A stretch of 64,000 nt of DNA from Marsupella aquatica (GCA_973895155.1 OZ316891.1:20906169-20970168); one strand, 5' to 3'. Counted from the first letter of the stretch, positions 49,863-64,000 are shown. A program made the numbers and translations. The notes: generated by a model from the sequence alone, not told the origin.

Positions 49863-51949
49863 GTAGTTGCTCAGATGATCCATAGTAGGGCCAAAAGATA
49901 CTATGGGATTAATCAGCTTTTTCACTAAGTTTTAAAGAATAATAGAGGCCATGTTTAGGCCTTGAGTTCTCCATAATGCGTTGCTGCTAGGTGTCACTAG
50001 GCCCCACTTTTCTTTAGAGATGCCATTGTTACATTGATGAAACTGCATGTCAAGACAAGTTACAATTTTTTTATGGTTTTAGTGACGAATGCTTATATAT
50101 ACTCTTATTGGTCTATGCAACATAAGAAACTTACCTGTAAGAAATGGTTGGCTAAGTCTAGACAACAATTGTGAAGCATGAAAGAACACTCAACCAAAGG
50201 TTACACCAATGAGACCACGAGTAGGGAAACTCCTAAAGAATCCATAGCATATGAAAATACATGTGAGGAATTAGTGAGAGGATGTTCTTCCTCCAACCTA
50301 TAACCCCAGGGAGAGTTGAGATGTGTGAGCCTAATCCAAGTGGATCTTATCTTAATCAAACCAAGGGTGGACTACCCCTAGTAAGGCCAAATCGAGTGTA
50401 GTCAGGAATTCAAGTCAAATCCTAACATTACCAACTTAAGTACATTTGGACTATGAGGGCTAGATATGATGGCTAACATCATTAATCACCTTGTCATTTA
50501 CATCTTACTTATAAAGTGCAAACCCCAAGCTAGAGTTGGGGTCTAGGCTTATAGATCGAGTGAACCCTCTAGACAGTAACTCTATGACCCACCATGTGGA
50601 TATGAAGACTCATGGGTAGAATGTATGTCAGATGATGATCATGCATGCTTTTCATCATGGTTTTTATTTACATTTAAAGAGGCATACAGGCTCGTGCAAT
50701 TGAAGAGCAAATGTGAATCCAGATACACAAGTAGTTGTCTAACATGCAAGTCACATTGACAATCTCAAGCTAATGACAGTTCCCCACACTATCAACATTT
50801 GCAGAATATTCAAGGTTGGATATCTACAACTATAATATCTAATGCCGCCCTTTTTGGTCCTTCGTCCCTTTACAAAAACAGCTGTGGGCGGGAGTGATAC
50901 AGAGCCATTACATTGTTTAACACTTTTTGGGAACCGTCGGATCACAAAATCATGCCACTAATGCCTAATGCACCCTCTTTGATTGCTCACCTACTTTGCC
51001 CACGAGCATGTATCTTGGCATCCATGGCCGGAAGACAGATCCTGGCCTTGAAATTAGCCTTGCTTTCCGTGACAAGGACAGGTCAAAATACACCTTGCTT
51101 TCTGGGCATGGACAGTACCTTGCCTTCTGTCCTGTCTTGATTCCCGTGCATGTACAATCCTTGCCCAATGTTTGGCTTATTCTTTGCTTACTTTGCCCAG
51201 CTCTAAGTAATGAATTGGTCTTTTTTATATATTTTCAATTAAAAAAATGCACTTAGTGAAATCCCAGCAAGATAATGTAACCAATATATGTTCTTTTCCT
51301 TGGTGGTTTTTTATTTCTAATATTCCTAACACCTTTTCTAAAGTAACTAAAATCCAGATGTTGAAATTCCCAAATAACAAAAAGTAATTCATAGTTTTTT
51401 TTCCTTCTTAACATTCTTGACACTTTTTTCTAATTTGTTTAAAGGGGATATAACTAAATTTCCCCCAGCAAAAGGGGCAACCTATACTTTTCTGTTTTTT
51501 AGGGGTGAGGGGTTTTTGTTATCTTGAGGAGGTAAGTTTTTTCTAATGACCTAGAATTCTTTTCATCCTGGCTAGCAGATAGGATATTTAGGGTTGCTTA
51601 TTTGTTTGTTGACTCTGGCCATCCCATGTTGCATTTATTTGAGAGAGATAGGAGATTTTATCTGGCTGGGGCTAATCATCCATCCTCCTCTCACTTTGCA
51701 TTGGGTTGGTCCAATGTCCAATTGGGTTCTCCCAATTCTTGGGCATTTTTATGGGACATTCATTTTATGTTTCCCTCCCCTGCCCCGTTGTGTTATTTAC
51801 TTCCATGTTCATAGAATTTGTGCCTTTGCCACCACAATTTTTTTACCTTTTGCTTTGACCATTTCATCCACAACATGGATCCAAGTGGCAATACTTGAAT
51901 CACACAGGGAATCACAATGACCACATTTTCAAAATGACAACACTATTGT

Positions 51950-52564
51950 CCAACACAGTTTTCTCTTGACAAATATTTCCACTCAACTCCGTTTCCTTTG
52001 CAAGTGATTTGTTGGACGATATTTTATAATCTACCATTTAGCTACAATCTTCTAGCAACCACACTACTTACTCTTGGAAACAATATTTTCACTCAACTCC
52101 GTTTCCTTTGCAAGCGATTTGTTGGACTATTTTATAATCTACCATTTAGCTACAATCTTTCAGCAACCACAATACTTACTCTTGAAAACACTTCCTCTTT
52201 GATAACATTTTAACTTTGTCACCAACACTTCTTAACAACATGCACAGATTGACCCAAACGCAAGATTGAACCACAACAACAATATTATAAAACAACAACT
52301 CTTCTTCGCGACGTCACTTTTACTTGACATATTTTCTCTCCTTGCATCTTTTATCACCTCAAGGACATCTTTCTTTCCTTTGACATCTTAGTTTTATCAT
52401 CTCAACATCTTTTGTTCACCTCGATATCTTTTATCACCTCAACATCTTTTTACTCCTTGAAATCTTTTATCACTTTGATATCTTTTATCACCTCGCATCT
52501 TTTTCCTCCTTAACATCTTTTATCTCCTCAACATCTTTTGTGCAACACACAGGCATAAGACTAG
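51950..52564 (+). mobile_element. Helitron 3' region
   Basis: acatctttt arrays ending tgtgcaacacacaggcataagaCTAG|T, like the end at 14046; includes a ~115-bp tandem duplication. Left boundary uncertain. Confidence 0.7.
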
Positions 52565-53608
52565 TAAAAACTATAACAGAGTATCGAAGGTTTGAAAATG
52601 CAATATTAGTCGATCTAATGAATTGGGAATTGGAATAAGAGTGCATAGATGACAATTGTCACTAAACTGAAATCAAGTCGTTGAGCTGGGTACCAAAGTA
52701 TATATATACATAGAAAAAAAAATGCTGCAGATCAAAGGGATACAGATACAAGTGATTGAACTTCAAGTAGAGATGTGCATTTGCAGGGAAAACCCAAACC
52801 CTACTGAGGATCCCAATGCTTTATTCTACGTGTGCTCAAATCCACAGCCTCAATCTTGCTTGTGCTTGCTTATCTGGTTTTTCTTATTGGTCATCAGAAA
52901 CTTTCTTGAAACTTTTGTTTGGGTTGATTTTGGTTAAACAAAAGTTATGTCTTTGGATTGCGGGAAAATGTTGGTGCATCATATCTGATTTGCTTCACCA
53001 CTTTACGCTTATCGTGTCAATTCTGATTTGGTTCACCATTTTCCACTTATCCCTCACGACTTGTCCAGGGTTGGGCCAGTATTCCGATAGGTTTATTGTA
53101 CTAATTAAAATCTTCATGACCTGTAGAGATAAGTACATTCTTTGTAAAAAAAAGACATGCACTTTTCACACAGGGCATACTGCTGTTGCAAACCGTGCAT
53201 CCTGTACATTTCTTCTGAACACACATATTAAACTCCGCAAATCCTCTACTAACATGGGTATAACTAACATGGGTATAACCCGGTTAACACTTCCCAACTT
53301 TTGCTTGCTTGCAACCATAGTAATCGTGAAGACCTTTCAGTTCTTTGAACTTTGAATACAGATCAAGTTAGGCTCAACCCACCTACACAAAGAATAGCCA
53401 ACAAGGTGCTCGCAGAGAACCATATACAGTACAGCCTCATTCCTAAACCCTAAACCCAAAGTTTCTGCTTAACAGCAAGCCCCCATTTATCAACTGCCCC
53501 AGAAACGACTTGGAAGGTAAAATCTGAAAAGAACCACTTGTAAGGTCAAAATCATAGTTTCTCTAAAACTTTCACCACTGGTGCTCAAATATAAGATACT
53601 CAGCTTTG

Positions 53609-55058
53609 TTATCTTAGAGCCTCAAACCTTGGAGAAACCCTTACTACCTTCCTTCGCTGATCAAACCAATCAACAATTCGTTTCCGCGGCACGTGTGTAA
53701 GTTCCACCAAGTTCTGTATAATTGCATTCGAAGGTCGGTCTGTGTTTCTGAATACACGTTCAAAAGTTGCCTCATGCTCTTTCCGTAATCTCTTTTGACT
53801 GTGCCAGTTCTGTCCACCTTCAGGATCGGGTACCACACCTTGCTTTCCACCTGGGTTTGAAATTCCTGGGGAACTACTCTGTGCACCATCCTTTGGCAGT
53901 TGCTCTGCGATTTCTTCGTCCTCCATTGTAGCACTGTACATCAGGAGTTCTGGAGGTGGGTTCTTTAACCAAGCAAGAACATCAAACCTGTCCATACCAA
54001 TCTCCGCACACAACGCTTTGATCTGAAAAAACAAACATTTCCATGGCATCAGCGGAAATTGGACGAAAAACTTGTGCACAAGCAGTCAACCTTCTATCCG
54101 GGAACACAAATTAACTGCATTACAACTCTTCAATATACTTGCTTATCAATTGCCAGCAGGATCAACAACTGCTAGAAACAGAGATGTTCTACAAGCAGAA
54201 ACAGACCAGTAGGGGAGCCCGTAAGAAATGGGAGACCTGCCATGATCTAAGTAAAGAATATTCTGAAACGGCGCATAGCTGGTGTATGTTTCCTAGTGAG
54301 CTGAATATTAGTATACTTTATTAGACTACCGTAAGACTTTCCTGAAGAGAAGACGACCCACACCCACCGAAGGAGTGGGGGTGCTGTCGGGCCACGGAAT
54401 TTAATATAGAAGAAGAAGTGACGAGATGGACAGAGCGTGCGAGGCTGAACCATTCTACAGATAACTTGCAGCCCATTTTCCCGCACAATCATTCTCATCA
54501 AAGGAGTTTCCGGTGAAGTAAGCTCTCAAACTTACATTGACTTTACGGCGCCCCATTTCTACAGCAGCGGCGAGCTTCCTAAGCTGCCAGGTTTCCAAAG
54601 CAACAACTCTTTGTTCCTCGCCCTCGTCTTCAAATTCTTCCAGCAATGCATCGGCAAATTGATCTCTGACTTTGATAGTGCTGCTTTGCCCGCCCGATTT
54701 TGTCCTGTTTTGTCCTAAGGACTTTGAATCCCCCTTTAGGTCATCATCCTTTTCGGTATCTCCCGCTACCACATCAATAGTTCGCAGCTCCTCTTCCTCA
54801 ATGTCCCTCAGGGCTGCTTCCAATTCGGTCTCAAGTTCAATAACCTCTTCCTCCGTCAAATCTTCATCATCGGGTTCTCCAGCTTCCAAATCCATTTCTA
54901 GCTGTGCAAATAGCGCTTCCAACGCATCTTCATCGAATTCGTTTTCGTTCCATCCGTCATCCTCTTGTTCAACCTCCTGCATTAATGCACCAGCGAGGTC
55001 AGGAACCAGGACATCGACTCTACAACGTGGCCAAACCAAGGGACTTAATACCAACGAT

Positions 55059-55134
<76 letters not shown>

Positions 55135-55471
55135 CCTTATTCGTTGTCTTTTGCGGAATTGGATTAGAATTCCTCGACGAGGATTCGTTAGGAGGAGCAC
55201 GAGAGGTGCTCGGACGTGCCCCTCCACCGCCACCTCTCCGTGCCCTAACGACATGCCACCGTTCTCTCAGTCTCAAATTATCCCACCCCGCAGCCAAATT
55301 CTGTTTATCGCTCCATCTACTGGACAGTTTCGCTCCCGCCTCCCTTTTTTCTAGTCCGACAGAAGCGCACGAGACCATAGCTGGAGCTCCAATTGTTCCT
55401 GCCATCGTTGCGCTGTTTCGCGCAACCGCATGGCTGCAGAAGCAGCTCGGCTGCAGCACAGCCATTTCCAT
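53609..55471 (-). CDS. OCP3: OVEREXPRESSOR OF CATIONIC PEROXIDASE 3-like, plastid-targeted acidic/homeodomain-like protein, 396 aa
   Basis: Exons 55471-55136, 54976-54536, 54022-53609. Transit-peptide-like N-terminus, acidic region, WQLRKLAAA..GRRKVNIKAL..PPPELL, and WHSQKRLRK..FERVF..RPSNA..VPRKRIVDWF. Confidence 0.9.
55062..55130. repeat. (GA)~34 microsatellite in OCP3 intron
   Basis: Perfect dinucleotide run. Confidence 0.98.
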
Positions 55472-55579
55472 CCTGAACAAAAAAAACTATGGCCTCTGGA
55501 ACTCTTGTGGAGTGGACACAATTTGTATCCGTCGAAGCTCCTTCCTTCAGTAAGTATTATTGGAATTCCAGCTCAGCTG

Positions 55580-55689
55580 AGTGTTAGTGTCCCATTAGTG
55601 CTCAACTAGGTGGGTTTTGGCTCCCATCACACATTAGTGTTAGTGTCCCATTAGTGCTCAACTATGTGGGTTTTGGCTCCCATCACACC
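55580..55689. repeat. ~57-bp tandem duplication upstream of OCP3
   Basis: agtgttagtgtcccattagtgctcaactaKgtgggttttggctcccatcacac x2. Confidence 0.85.
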
Positions 55690-55803
55690 TTTTCCCTGAA
55701 GTAAAATGGCTTACTCTCAAAAGCTTGTTCTACCACTTGCAACTACACAAAAGCTTGTCCTACCACTTGAAGCTTGTCAGACCACTTGCAATGACACAAA
55801 AAC

Positions 55804-55960
55804 TTTTTTTTTTTTTAAATTTAAGGGGAATCTGTGAAACCCCACAGAAAGGGAAAAGTCAGCCACAATAGTTGGGAAGAGTTAGCCCACAATAGTTGAA
55901 CCCAAGACCTATCAGTCTTTACTCATTCAAGTGAGCTACCACAAAGTCATGCCTCTCTGG
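55804..55960 (-). mobile_element. tRNA-derived SINE
   Basis: Poly(A) tail (T run at 55804-55816), A-box-like tagctcacttg and B-box-like ggttcaac, and a 16-bp TSD gcaatgacacaaaaRc (55788-55803 / 55961-55976). Confidence 0.8.
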
Positions 55961-57661
55961 GCAATGACACAAAAGCTTGTGTTACCACTTGCAACAATGT
56001 CCATAACACACAGTTTTGGGTTGCAAATATTTCTGTGGAGCTTCAGATTTGAGATGCCCTAGAGTTGCTCAGTGTGTAGGGACTATCAGATTTGCCCAAA
56101 AGACTCTCAGATAATTAACAAAATAATTTTGAGTCTGAAAACCCCATGGAACACAAGGATGGTCTTTGAAACCCCCATGTACCACATTTCCTAAAACTTA
56201 TGTTGTTTTGTAATAACTTGATATTCATAAATTCAAATGCTTCTTTGTTTTGGGGATATGGTAGAAGAGTAGGTAAACTATGCTTACTTCAAAGTGATAG
56301 TGAATATCTGGCCATTTTGGTTGAGTTTTTTGTCATAAAATGCGGAGGGTAAAATTCTACTAGATTAATTTTCATTGCATTAATATGAAATATTTGAGCT
56401 TGTGTTTTTTATGTCTTCAGATTAGTTAGGATTCATAACCTTTCTTCCAACCCATTGCACATCAATAAGTTAGGGTTGCATTTTAATTTGATGGGGTGAA
56501 AGACTTTAAAATTTTGATGGAGAGCATTATGGATGTTTTAATACATTTTTCAAAATTATAAGAATTGTAAGTTTTTTAATACCAAATCTGGGAAGATTCT
56601 AAAATGTTAGGGTAAAATAGTAAATAAAACTTAGTTTCCTTATATTATAGTGTATCAATTACCTGAAACTTTGCTTATGATATGAGACATCCTGTACTGA
56701 GGTCCACTGACCGATGAGTGAAAAACTGGCAATATGCTCACCATTGGATCATTCAAAAGTAACTCACGTTACTTTCTTTAAACCGATCACGGAAACGGGT
56801 GGCAAACTGACTACAGAGTTAAATTAAACATAATCGCAAAGTCTATGGTTGGTAAAAGAAGAGTGACAATTAATGATGTGTGAAATTTCAGCTTATACAA
56901 AGAAACGCCAAACAAAGCAAACGGATGGAATAAAGGCAGTAAAAGCAAAGGAGGTCGAGCGAGAGGGCGACAAATCCTTTTCCAATTCCGTCTCACAGCA
57001 AGAATCGAGGATCATTTGTGGAGCGGAGTGAATCGTGTCTTCTACGAGCTTCTGGTTGTGTCGGTGCTACTGTAGGTGCTGGTGCTGCTGTGTCTAGAGC
57101 CGTGTCTCACAGTGGTCGTCGAGGAAGGGAACGAATCGGAGCTGCATTTGTGAGTTTGAATTGCCACAACCTTCCCTGTTATGAGTTTTAATTCTTCAGA
57201 GAATGCAGAACATGTACATTAAGAAACTTAGCTAGGTTGCAGAATTGATTCTGTTCTCTGTGGAGTGGCGTTTGCTACCATCTTCTTTGTTTCAATTTCG
57301 CCATCATTCATGGCCTTGCATTTCAATTGCCTTGGGGGCTCATGAGGATGCATCCACCGATTTTCAGCGATCTTTGTGCATCAACTCTTGGCATGGGCAG
57401 GGGGCAAAAGATTATTGATTGGTCTGTGACCTATGTGTCCGTGTTTCTGTCTCTCATCAGTAGCACTTCCTATCTCTGAGCAGTCACAAATGAGTTTCAA
57501 TTAGCTGGTGCCCACTATCCCTCGTGCATCAGACCCATTCTGATGCTCTCTCTGTCTCTGTCTCTGTCACTGTCTCTGTAGGAGGTTGAAGTGTTGACGA
57601 CGAAGAGTGGAAGCAGGGGGAACGCAGGTTCAGGTGCAGTGCAGTACGAGCAGCTATCTCG

Positions 57662-59720
57662 ATGGCGAATCAGGGAGCCAAGAAGCGCAAGGAAGAGAAT
57701 GACAAACACGTTAAAAAATTGGCTCTAATTGTTCTCATTTCAAATGTATGCTCCTCTCCCAACCAGTGCATCTGGGTTGCATGCCTCGCTTTTTAAAGGC
57801 CTCTGCATCCAGGTTGTGTGCTCTATTGCAAGAAGTTCACAGATGCATATTCTGTAAGACGACCCCAGTCAAGTCATTTGCAGTACAATTCTTTGGAAAT
57901 GTGCTGTTTGGATGACGTCTAAATGAATGATAGCGAAGATGACAATACGAACTCCGTTAAGCAATATCCACCTGCTTCTGCTTTGCTACTACCATGAAGC
58001 TGTTCGGCACCTTTGTCTCATAGTCTACCTGCCAGTGTTCCTCTTACATTGTGATCCCTAATTTCTGGACTAGTTTACTTGCGACCGAGTGGCCAGCTCC
58101 CGTAAATACCTCAATTACGTGATACCAGTCTGGTTTCTTAAGCTTTCATGGTTTTTAAATTGTTGATGGGCAGGCAATATATATCGTGTTCAGGATGGTG
58201 CTCTTCAGCACATCCACGTCGTGGAAGCACTTCACGGGGATGATCTTTACATCAGCAGTGTACTATGTGACTTATGAATGGCTTAAAGATCTGGCGAGGG
58301 GAACTATAAATGATAATGGGGAGCTCCTAGATGGTGGAGCTGACATGAGTGGCGGCGGAGTGTGTGGGTACGTTCCTTCCAGACCTTCAAGACGTTGATT
58401 GAACATTTTATGTAGACGTCGTGGGTCAGCCATCCATGTTGGTTGTATCACTTCCAACACCACGTCAAACTTTTGTGATCGTGTGATAAATGTGCTCGGA
58501 TCAATCCCTTTCTAGGATATTGGTAAAACTTAGCAGCATTTTGTGAATGAGATCTCAAGGGAACAGTTCTATTGAATAACTCAATTGTATGGAGCACACA
58601 CTGAGTTAGATTACATGTCCATGCAATGTTGCAGGTATCTTCATGACATAATGTACATCACCAGCTTTGTGCAAGTGGCCTCTGTAATCTCAGACAAATT
58701 CTGGTACACTTATCTGGTGGTACGTGCTTCTTTCTATGTTGTTTTGCCTTAGTGCTTGTCGATGATATTTGAGATTCATGTCAGTAAGATCGTCGTTTTG
58801 TTGCCATCTAAGTTTCCTCAGCAGCATAGAATCTGTTATCGCACGAACGAACAAATTCACAAAGGTCAGCAATGCTTCAAAAAGTGCTTGAGACTTTAAA
58901 ATTAAGGCCGATCAGTCGTGACTTCTATTTAAAATCTCGAATCTGGCTAATCTATTTATGTATTGCGAAGCGATGGCCACAAAAATCTTCCAAGAAAGTG
59001 CAGTGCTGCCCCTATTGATCATATTTGATCAGCGCTCACAGTCTGGGTCGTATGTCTCGTGCAGATTCCCATGTTTGCATTCTACAAGCTTTGGCAGCTG
59101 ATTCTATATCCGTATTTCTTCCAAAGTCAAAAGGTGACCAACCATCTCAATTATCAGATGGAGAGGGAAGGATATACATGTCGGAATATTGAGTTATATA
59201 GAATAAGGAACATAAACACTAGTCATACCGAATGAGATCACAGTACAGTCATTCGGTCTTGTGGCCAAGGGCATTACCAAACTCAATAGTAGGAAACTAG
59301 CTTGCACTTTCCTCAAAGGCTCAGGTGTACAATGTTTTGGGTTCTTTCTGATGTTGTGTATATAGTCAGCGTGTCTTAACAGAGCAAGCACATTTTGGAC
59401 TCTCTATGGGAGTTATAGCCCATTGTACCCTCCCTGTCTGCCTTATTATGGATGTCAGATCGCAGCAGAGGATGTACCCGACATCGCATAATGGTCTTCT
59501 AGGCTACTTCGTTCAGATGTCTCAAAATCTGTTTCACTTTAAACTATGAAAATGAGTCGGCAGGAATTGTTCTCTAGGTCCTAGGAGCACCGGTCCTTTG
59601 AAGTAACATTCTTCTTCTGTGCCCCTGCAGGATGAACCAGAAAATGAGGTGTCCCGGAAGAAGAGAGAAAAGGCGGAGAGAAAAGCCAGCAGGCCCAAGT
59701 TTGGCAAAGTGAGGAGGTGA
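57662..59720 (+). CDS. TMEM208: Transmembrane protein 208 / SND2 (SRP-independent ER targeting), 173 aa
   Basis: Exons 57662-57745, 58174-58367, 58635-58719, 59065-59133, 59631-59720. MANQGAKKRKEEN, GELLDGGADMS.GG..GYLHDIMYITSFVQ, FWYTYLVIP, KKREKAERK. Confidence 0.93.
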
Positions 59721-60997
59721 TTGATACCTCTTTGTGGTACAAGGGATACCACATTTCATTGATTACACTTTCAGGCAGAGTTGACCAGTTGATCGATTAG
59801 CATAACCCGTGAGACACTGAAGGAAAGTTACTGGCCTTTTAAAGAGTCTTGATAAATTACGGAGCAGTTGTGCAGAAAGAGTGAGCGAGTATATATTGGC
59901 CCTTGCGAGTGTGATTTGTTAGACCTGTGGTGTGTATCTGGTGAAACGTGTCTCATAGTGGTTGGCCATGACCGTTGATGGTCAAACTGGGCTAATGAAG
60001 ATCACCTCTACTGAGAAAAATTGCCGATCTTTCCTGTACTGTAGGCGAGGGCAACCTTGAAGTGTTGTCAAAGTGAATTACCCACGGATGATCATCACTT
60101 GAGCATATTTCTCGAGAATGGATTCGTGATATTGGTGACCTTCAGCTATTTTATGAGGGGCCTGGAAACATTTTCCCAATAGAATTGCAATGTGCGCAGG
60201 GATTCGCAATGGACTTGGCTCATAAATTAATGCTGGTTTGCGCTTTTCTTTCTTGAATTTACTTACAGAACTTTCCACCCTTTTCAACAACAGTACACCA
60301 GATCATGTAGATTGACTATAATTTCATCTCCCCGACCAGTGTAATGCTGAAAGCGTTAAAGGTCGAATGAATTTCTTAATGCTTTTTAGATGTTGCCAAA
60401 GGTCTTCGAAATGAGCATGGACTTGATTCCTGCTTACTTTATTGATTGAAAGTTTGTGCGTCAGCAGATAAACTAGAACCCATATATGACATGTCTCTGA
60501 TCTGCTGTTCTAGTTTTGAATCCGCAAATGAAAGCTTAGTGTTTGTAGTCAACAACTATCGGTTACAACAATGATCTCACCTTTCATGACATTCAGTGTT
60601 ACTCAGCCATTTTGCCAATCCTATGAGGAAGCATTTCACAAATTGTTTGGAGTTTCTTGCTCCATCTGAGTTTTCTTTTGCAAGTTGCAAGCCGACATAG
60701 TTCGCAGGAAGGCTAGGCACGGAAAGTGGGAGCCCTTGTCCCTTACTGCTATTCTACACTCGAACACAATGCGATATGAGTTATGACCTGGGTGGCTTGG
60801 ACATCACAAGTGCCTTTCATGAGTATCAAGGAGGGTCGACCATTTCCCCAAGGATGAAGCCATTTGACTCATCTTCAACATGACCTCTCAGTTTGGAGTT
60901 TAAAAATTATTCATTAGACAAGAACTCCTTTTGGAATTGCCAATGGAATTCCTTGTTTGGATGTGCGAAGCTTCTGAAGGCACGAGGAAAAAAAAGT

Positions 60998-61101
60998 ATC
61001 GCAAGTAGTCACTGACTAGCCCAATCGCAAGTAGTCACTGACTAGCCCAAAGACAAGTGCTTGTTCACAAGAACCCAAAGACAAGTGCTTGTTCACAAGA
61101 A
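60998..61101. repeat. two adjacent short tandem duplications (26 and ~28 bp)
   Basis: atcgcaagtagtcactgactagccca x2, then cccaaagacaagtgcttgttcacaagaa x2. Confidence 0.85.
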
Positions 61102-62219
61102 GGGCTCTCCATACCCAGACTACACATGCCCATCCCTACTCACAAAACATGGTCTACATGTATATCATAACCTCCTGTTACCAGAGAAGTTATGACCTAA
61201 TGGAGTAGGACATGACTGGTAATTTTTTTTGAAAATTATGGTGTAGATTATCTTTAACTGAGGTGGCAAACTTCACAAGCCCTGGCAGATTTCCAAGTGA
61301 GCCATTTTTAAGAACTGCCAAAAGATATAATTGATCAATTAGTAAACAAATGTGGATGGGAAACCACAGCCAACACTAATTGAAAACTGTGATAATCCAA
61401 ATTTCCTAAATTGATTTCAATAACAAGGACAATGAATAACTTGAACACTAATCAATGAGTGACTAGGAACCCCAAACCATGATTAATCAGAACTCAATAT
61501 TAAATATAACAAAGCTTCAAGTTTTTGCATAGCACGTGTGGCAGCAAAATTAGTGGTATGGAAAAGCTTTGACCAACAAAAATAAGAAAAATTCGAACCA
61601 GGATGTCAGCCAAAATCTAACGTTTTCTTTGGAACTCTGCCTTCTCCTTCCTGTGCTTGCAGCACATGTCTTAATGTATGTGCAATAGAATTGGTCCTAA
61701 TCTCAAAAAACAAAAGAAAAGAAAAGAATTCAGAAAGATATCCAAAACTGATCAACATCAGTCAAGGTGATGTGGAAATTAGAGAATATTCTACAAATAT
61801 GAATTTAGAATACCTTCTTTTGCTTCCTACACTTTTTAGAAATTTAGCTAATTTTTATCAAAAATACATATTTTGGATTGCACGTGGTTCATAATATATA
61901 TTTTTGATAGTCAACCCCCCAAGGAGCTTAGGGGTAAAACACATGGCCTCAAGACCAAGTCAACAGCCTCAGTCCCCTCCAGAATAGCAAATGCTTAATA
62001 AGTGCTCTCTAGTGCAACAATGCTAGTTGTCTAAAGAAAGTTGTATAAGAAGACATGGTGGACAAGGATATTATTTATCTAAGAGCACTCGGCCCACTGG
62101 TCCGTTATCAGGACTGGATAAGAGCGAGTATAGGGACCATCTAGTAGGCCCAGTTATAGAACCCCGACTATGCCCCGGTCTGTGCACCCCAACGTCGCGC
62201 GCCAATGTTTTTAAAATTT

Positions 62220-64000
62220 GAGGCTGACAGTCCTGCATTCAATTACAGGAGTTGAATGAGGTGCTAAAGGATAATGAAGACTCGGAGACCAAGCAAGAGT
62301 TCATGGAGGAGAAAATCCGGGATCTAAAAACTATGGTGTTAAATTATAGAGAGAAACAGCTCAAAGCACTCATAAAGAAAGTCATAGGGAAAGAACCAAA
62401 GAAGAGATTTCTTATTGATACAATTGAGGTGATCACTAAGGAGCAGGTTACATAAGCTATGAAGGAAGTAGTCAAAGAGACCATGGGAACCACTGAAGGA
62501 CAGACACACCAGGAGAATGATCAGGGGGAAGCCATAACAGCCGAAGGTTCAATGGATCCTCAGATTACAGATGAGACAACCAATGATGGAATACAAGTGG
62601 ATGGGACATCGGGGACAAGTCCCAAAGGTAAGTAAAGGAGCAATGAAATTTTGCAAGCTAAACTAGCAAAATTTTTAGGTTAAGTATTGAGTTACAGTTA
62701 AGCACAGGTCGAGTCATTAGGGCACTTACTATTTAAACTCTGTAAAAATTGACTAGAACTTCATTTTGTCTAGTTGAGGCTCAGTTTTGGTTAGGCAACA
62801 GTTGTATAGAGATGGATCAGTCTAGAGTCATCCGCTTGGTTGGAGTAACGATTGCAGCGATTTGGGGCATGCACGGCAATGACTTAGTTTATGAAGGCTA
62901 CGATATCATGCTGGAAGATGGAAAGCGGTGTGCCTTGGGGCCGAATGCCCGAAGAGCTAGACTGAGTAGAGAGGAACAAAATGTAGGGTTGTCAGTGTGA
63001 AATCGGGTGAATTGATCATTTTTGTCGACCAGTAGGCTTAGGCCAATATATGTACAATTTCTTTGTGCAAATCAATGATGGTGTCTATCAAGTGTGGGAA
63101 GAAGCCGACTGCCAATTGTTTGGAGTCACTAGGCATGAGTTTTATATGCAAGTTGATACATAGGAACAAAATTGTTATCGTGTCATGAATGAGTGTTGGG
63201 TAGTGAGACTTGTGGAAAATCAGAAAAAGAAGACTAAACAGATATTAGGGTTCCACAAGATGAGAACCAACCCAACCTATGGACAAACATGAGAAGAAAG
63301 CAGTGAAACAAGAATGGCACAAGTGGAGACAACAATGCAGGAACTTAGCACTGAAGTAGTGGGAACAGAAGATGAAATCGAAATGACAGGTCAGGTGCAA
63401 GAATAACTGACAAACAACCAGTAAGGAGATGTGCTATCCGGTAGCAAGGAACAATTATTAGTTTTACTTGTTAACCAACAAGTATAACAATTAACATAAC
63501 TATTAGCATTATTTAGTTGAATAAAATGGTTACAAAAACTGAATAAACAATTTGACAATTACAACTGCTGATAGTTAGGAGAAGTTAGGAAAAACCTATT
63601 TGTATGAAGGATATAGGGTAGTAGAGTAGGAGTGAGAAGGGTCATTTGTTGTGGAAACTTTCAGGATCAGGAAGCTAAAGAAGCAGCCCAGGAAGAGGTA
63701 GTGCCGAATTGCTAGACCTGGAGGTAGAGAGATGGAAGCCCATGGAAGGAAAACCATGTAAAGAAATTGTTGTGTTCATGGAATGAAAGATGCAATCAAG
63801 ACCTACTGGCAGAACTGCAGGAAGCATTTGATTACATAGTTTGTACTTGTTGTATGTCAATGGAATTAAAATTAAGAACTAAGTTGACGGCGAAGAAAAG
63901 ATGGCTAGAAATATTAACATTGACAATGGGAAATTTATTTGGATTTGGTTGGACCTGTTAAAGGGAGAATAAGAATTGTATGGCATGTGGAAATTGAAAT
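62220..64000 (+). mobile_element. possible degenerate retroelement ORF fragments, unclassified
   Basis: Purine-rich broken reading frames with a coiled-coil-like piece (EEKIRDLKTMVL); no diagnostic motif recognised. Confidence 0.25.

Noticed and set aside
52816-53355. 179-aa hydrophobic ORF
   Set aside because: Antisense to the OCP3 3' region with composition typical of non-coding DNA.
54672-55553. 293-aa plus-strand ORF with poly-ER
   Set aside because: Antisense shadow of OCP3 and the (GA)n repeat.

Overview
Eukaryotic, intron-containing, TE-rich land-plant nuclear DNA; gene content suggests a bryophyte, possibly a liverwort (inference). About 3090-37368 is a head-to-tail segmental duplication: unit A 3090-16709, unit B 16710-37368. 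Each unit has an intact 3-exon COMT-fold methyltransferase-like gene (365 aa) that lacks the canonical catalytic His/Asp/Glu, and the two copies differ mainly in one acceptor-pocket segment. The other duplicated cargo decayed in unit A: BLOS1 is a pseudogene there, and the last exon of the hnRNP U-like gene was deleted. Other intact genes are BLOS1 (unit B), an hnRNP U-like SPRY+P-loop gene with a 26x heptad repeat tail and a 4.1-kb last intron holding candidate poison exons, OCP3, and TMEM208/SND2. Mobile DNA includes an LTR retrotransposon 5' end with an inverted LTR junction, a solo LTR, hAT-type MITEs, Helitron pieces, a tRNA-derived SINE and degenerate Penelope-like remnants. A 58-bp satellite lies upstream of both BLOS1 copies. 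Exon models were read by eye from GT-AG sites and frame continuity; no database searches were run.
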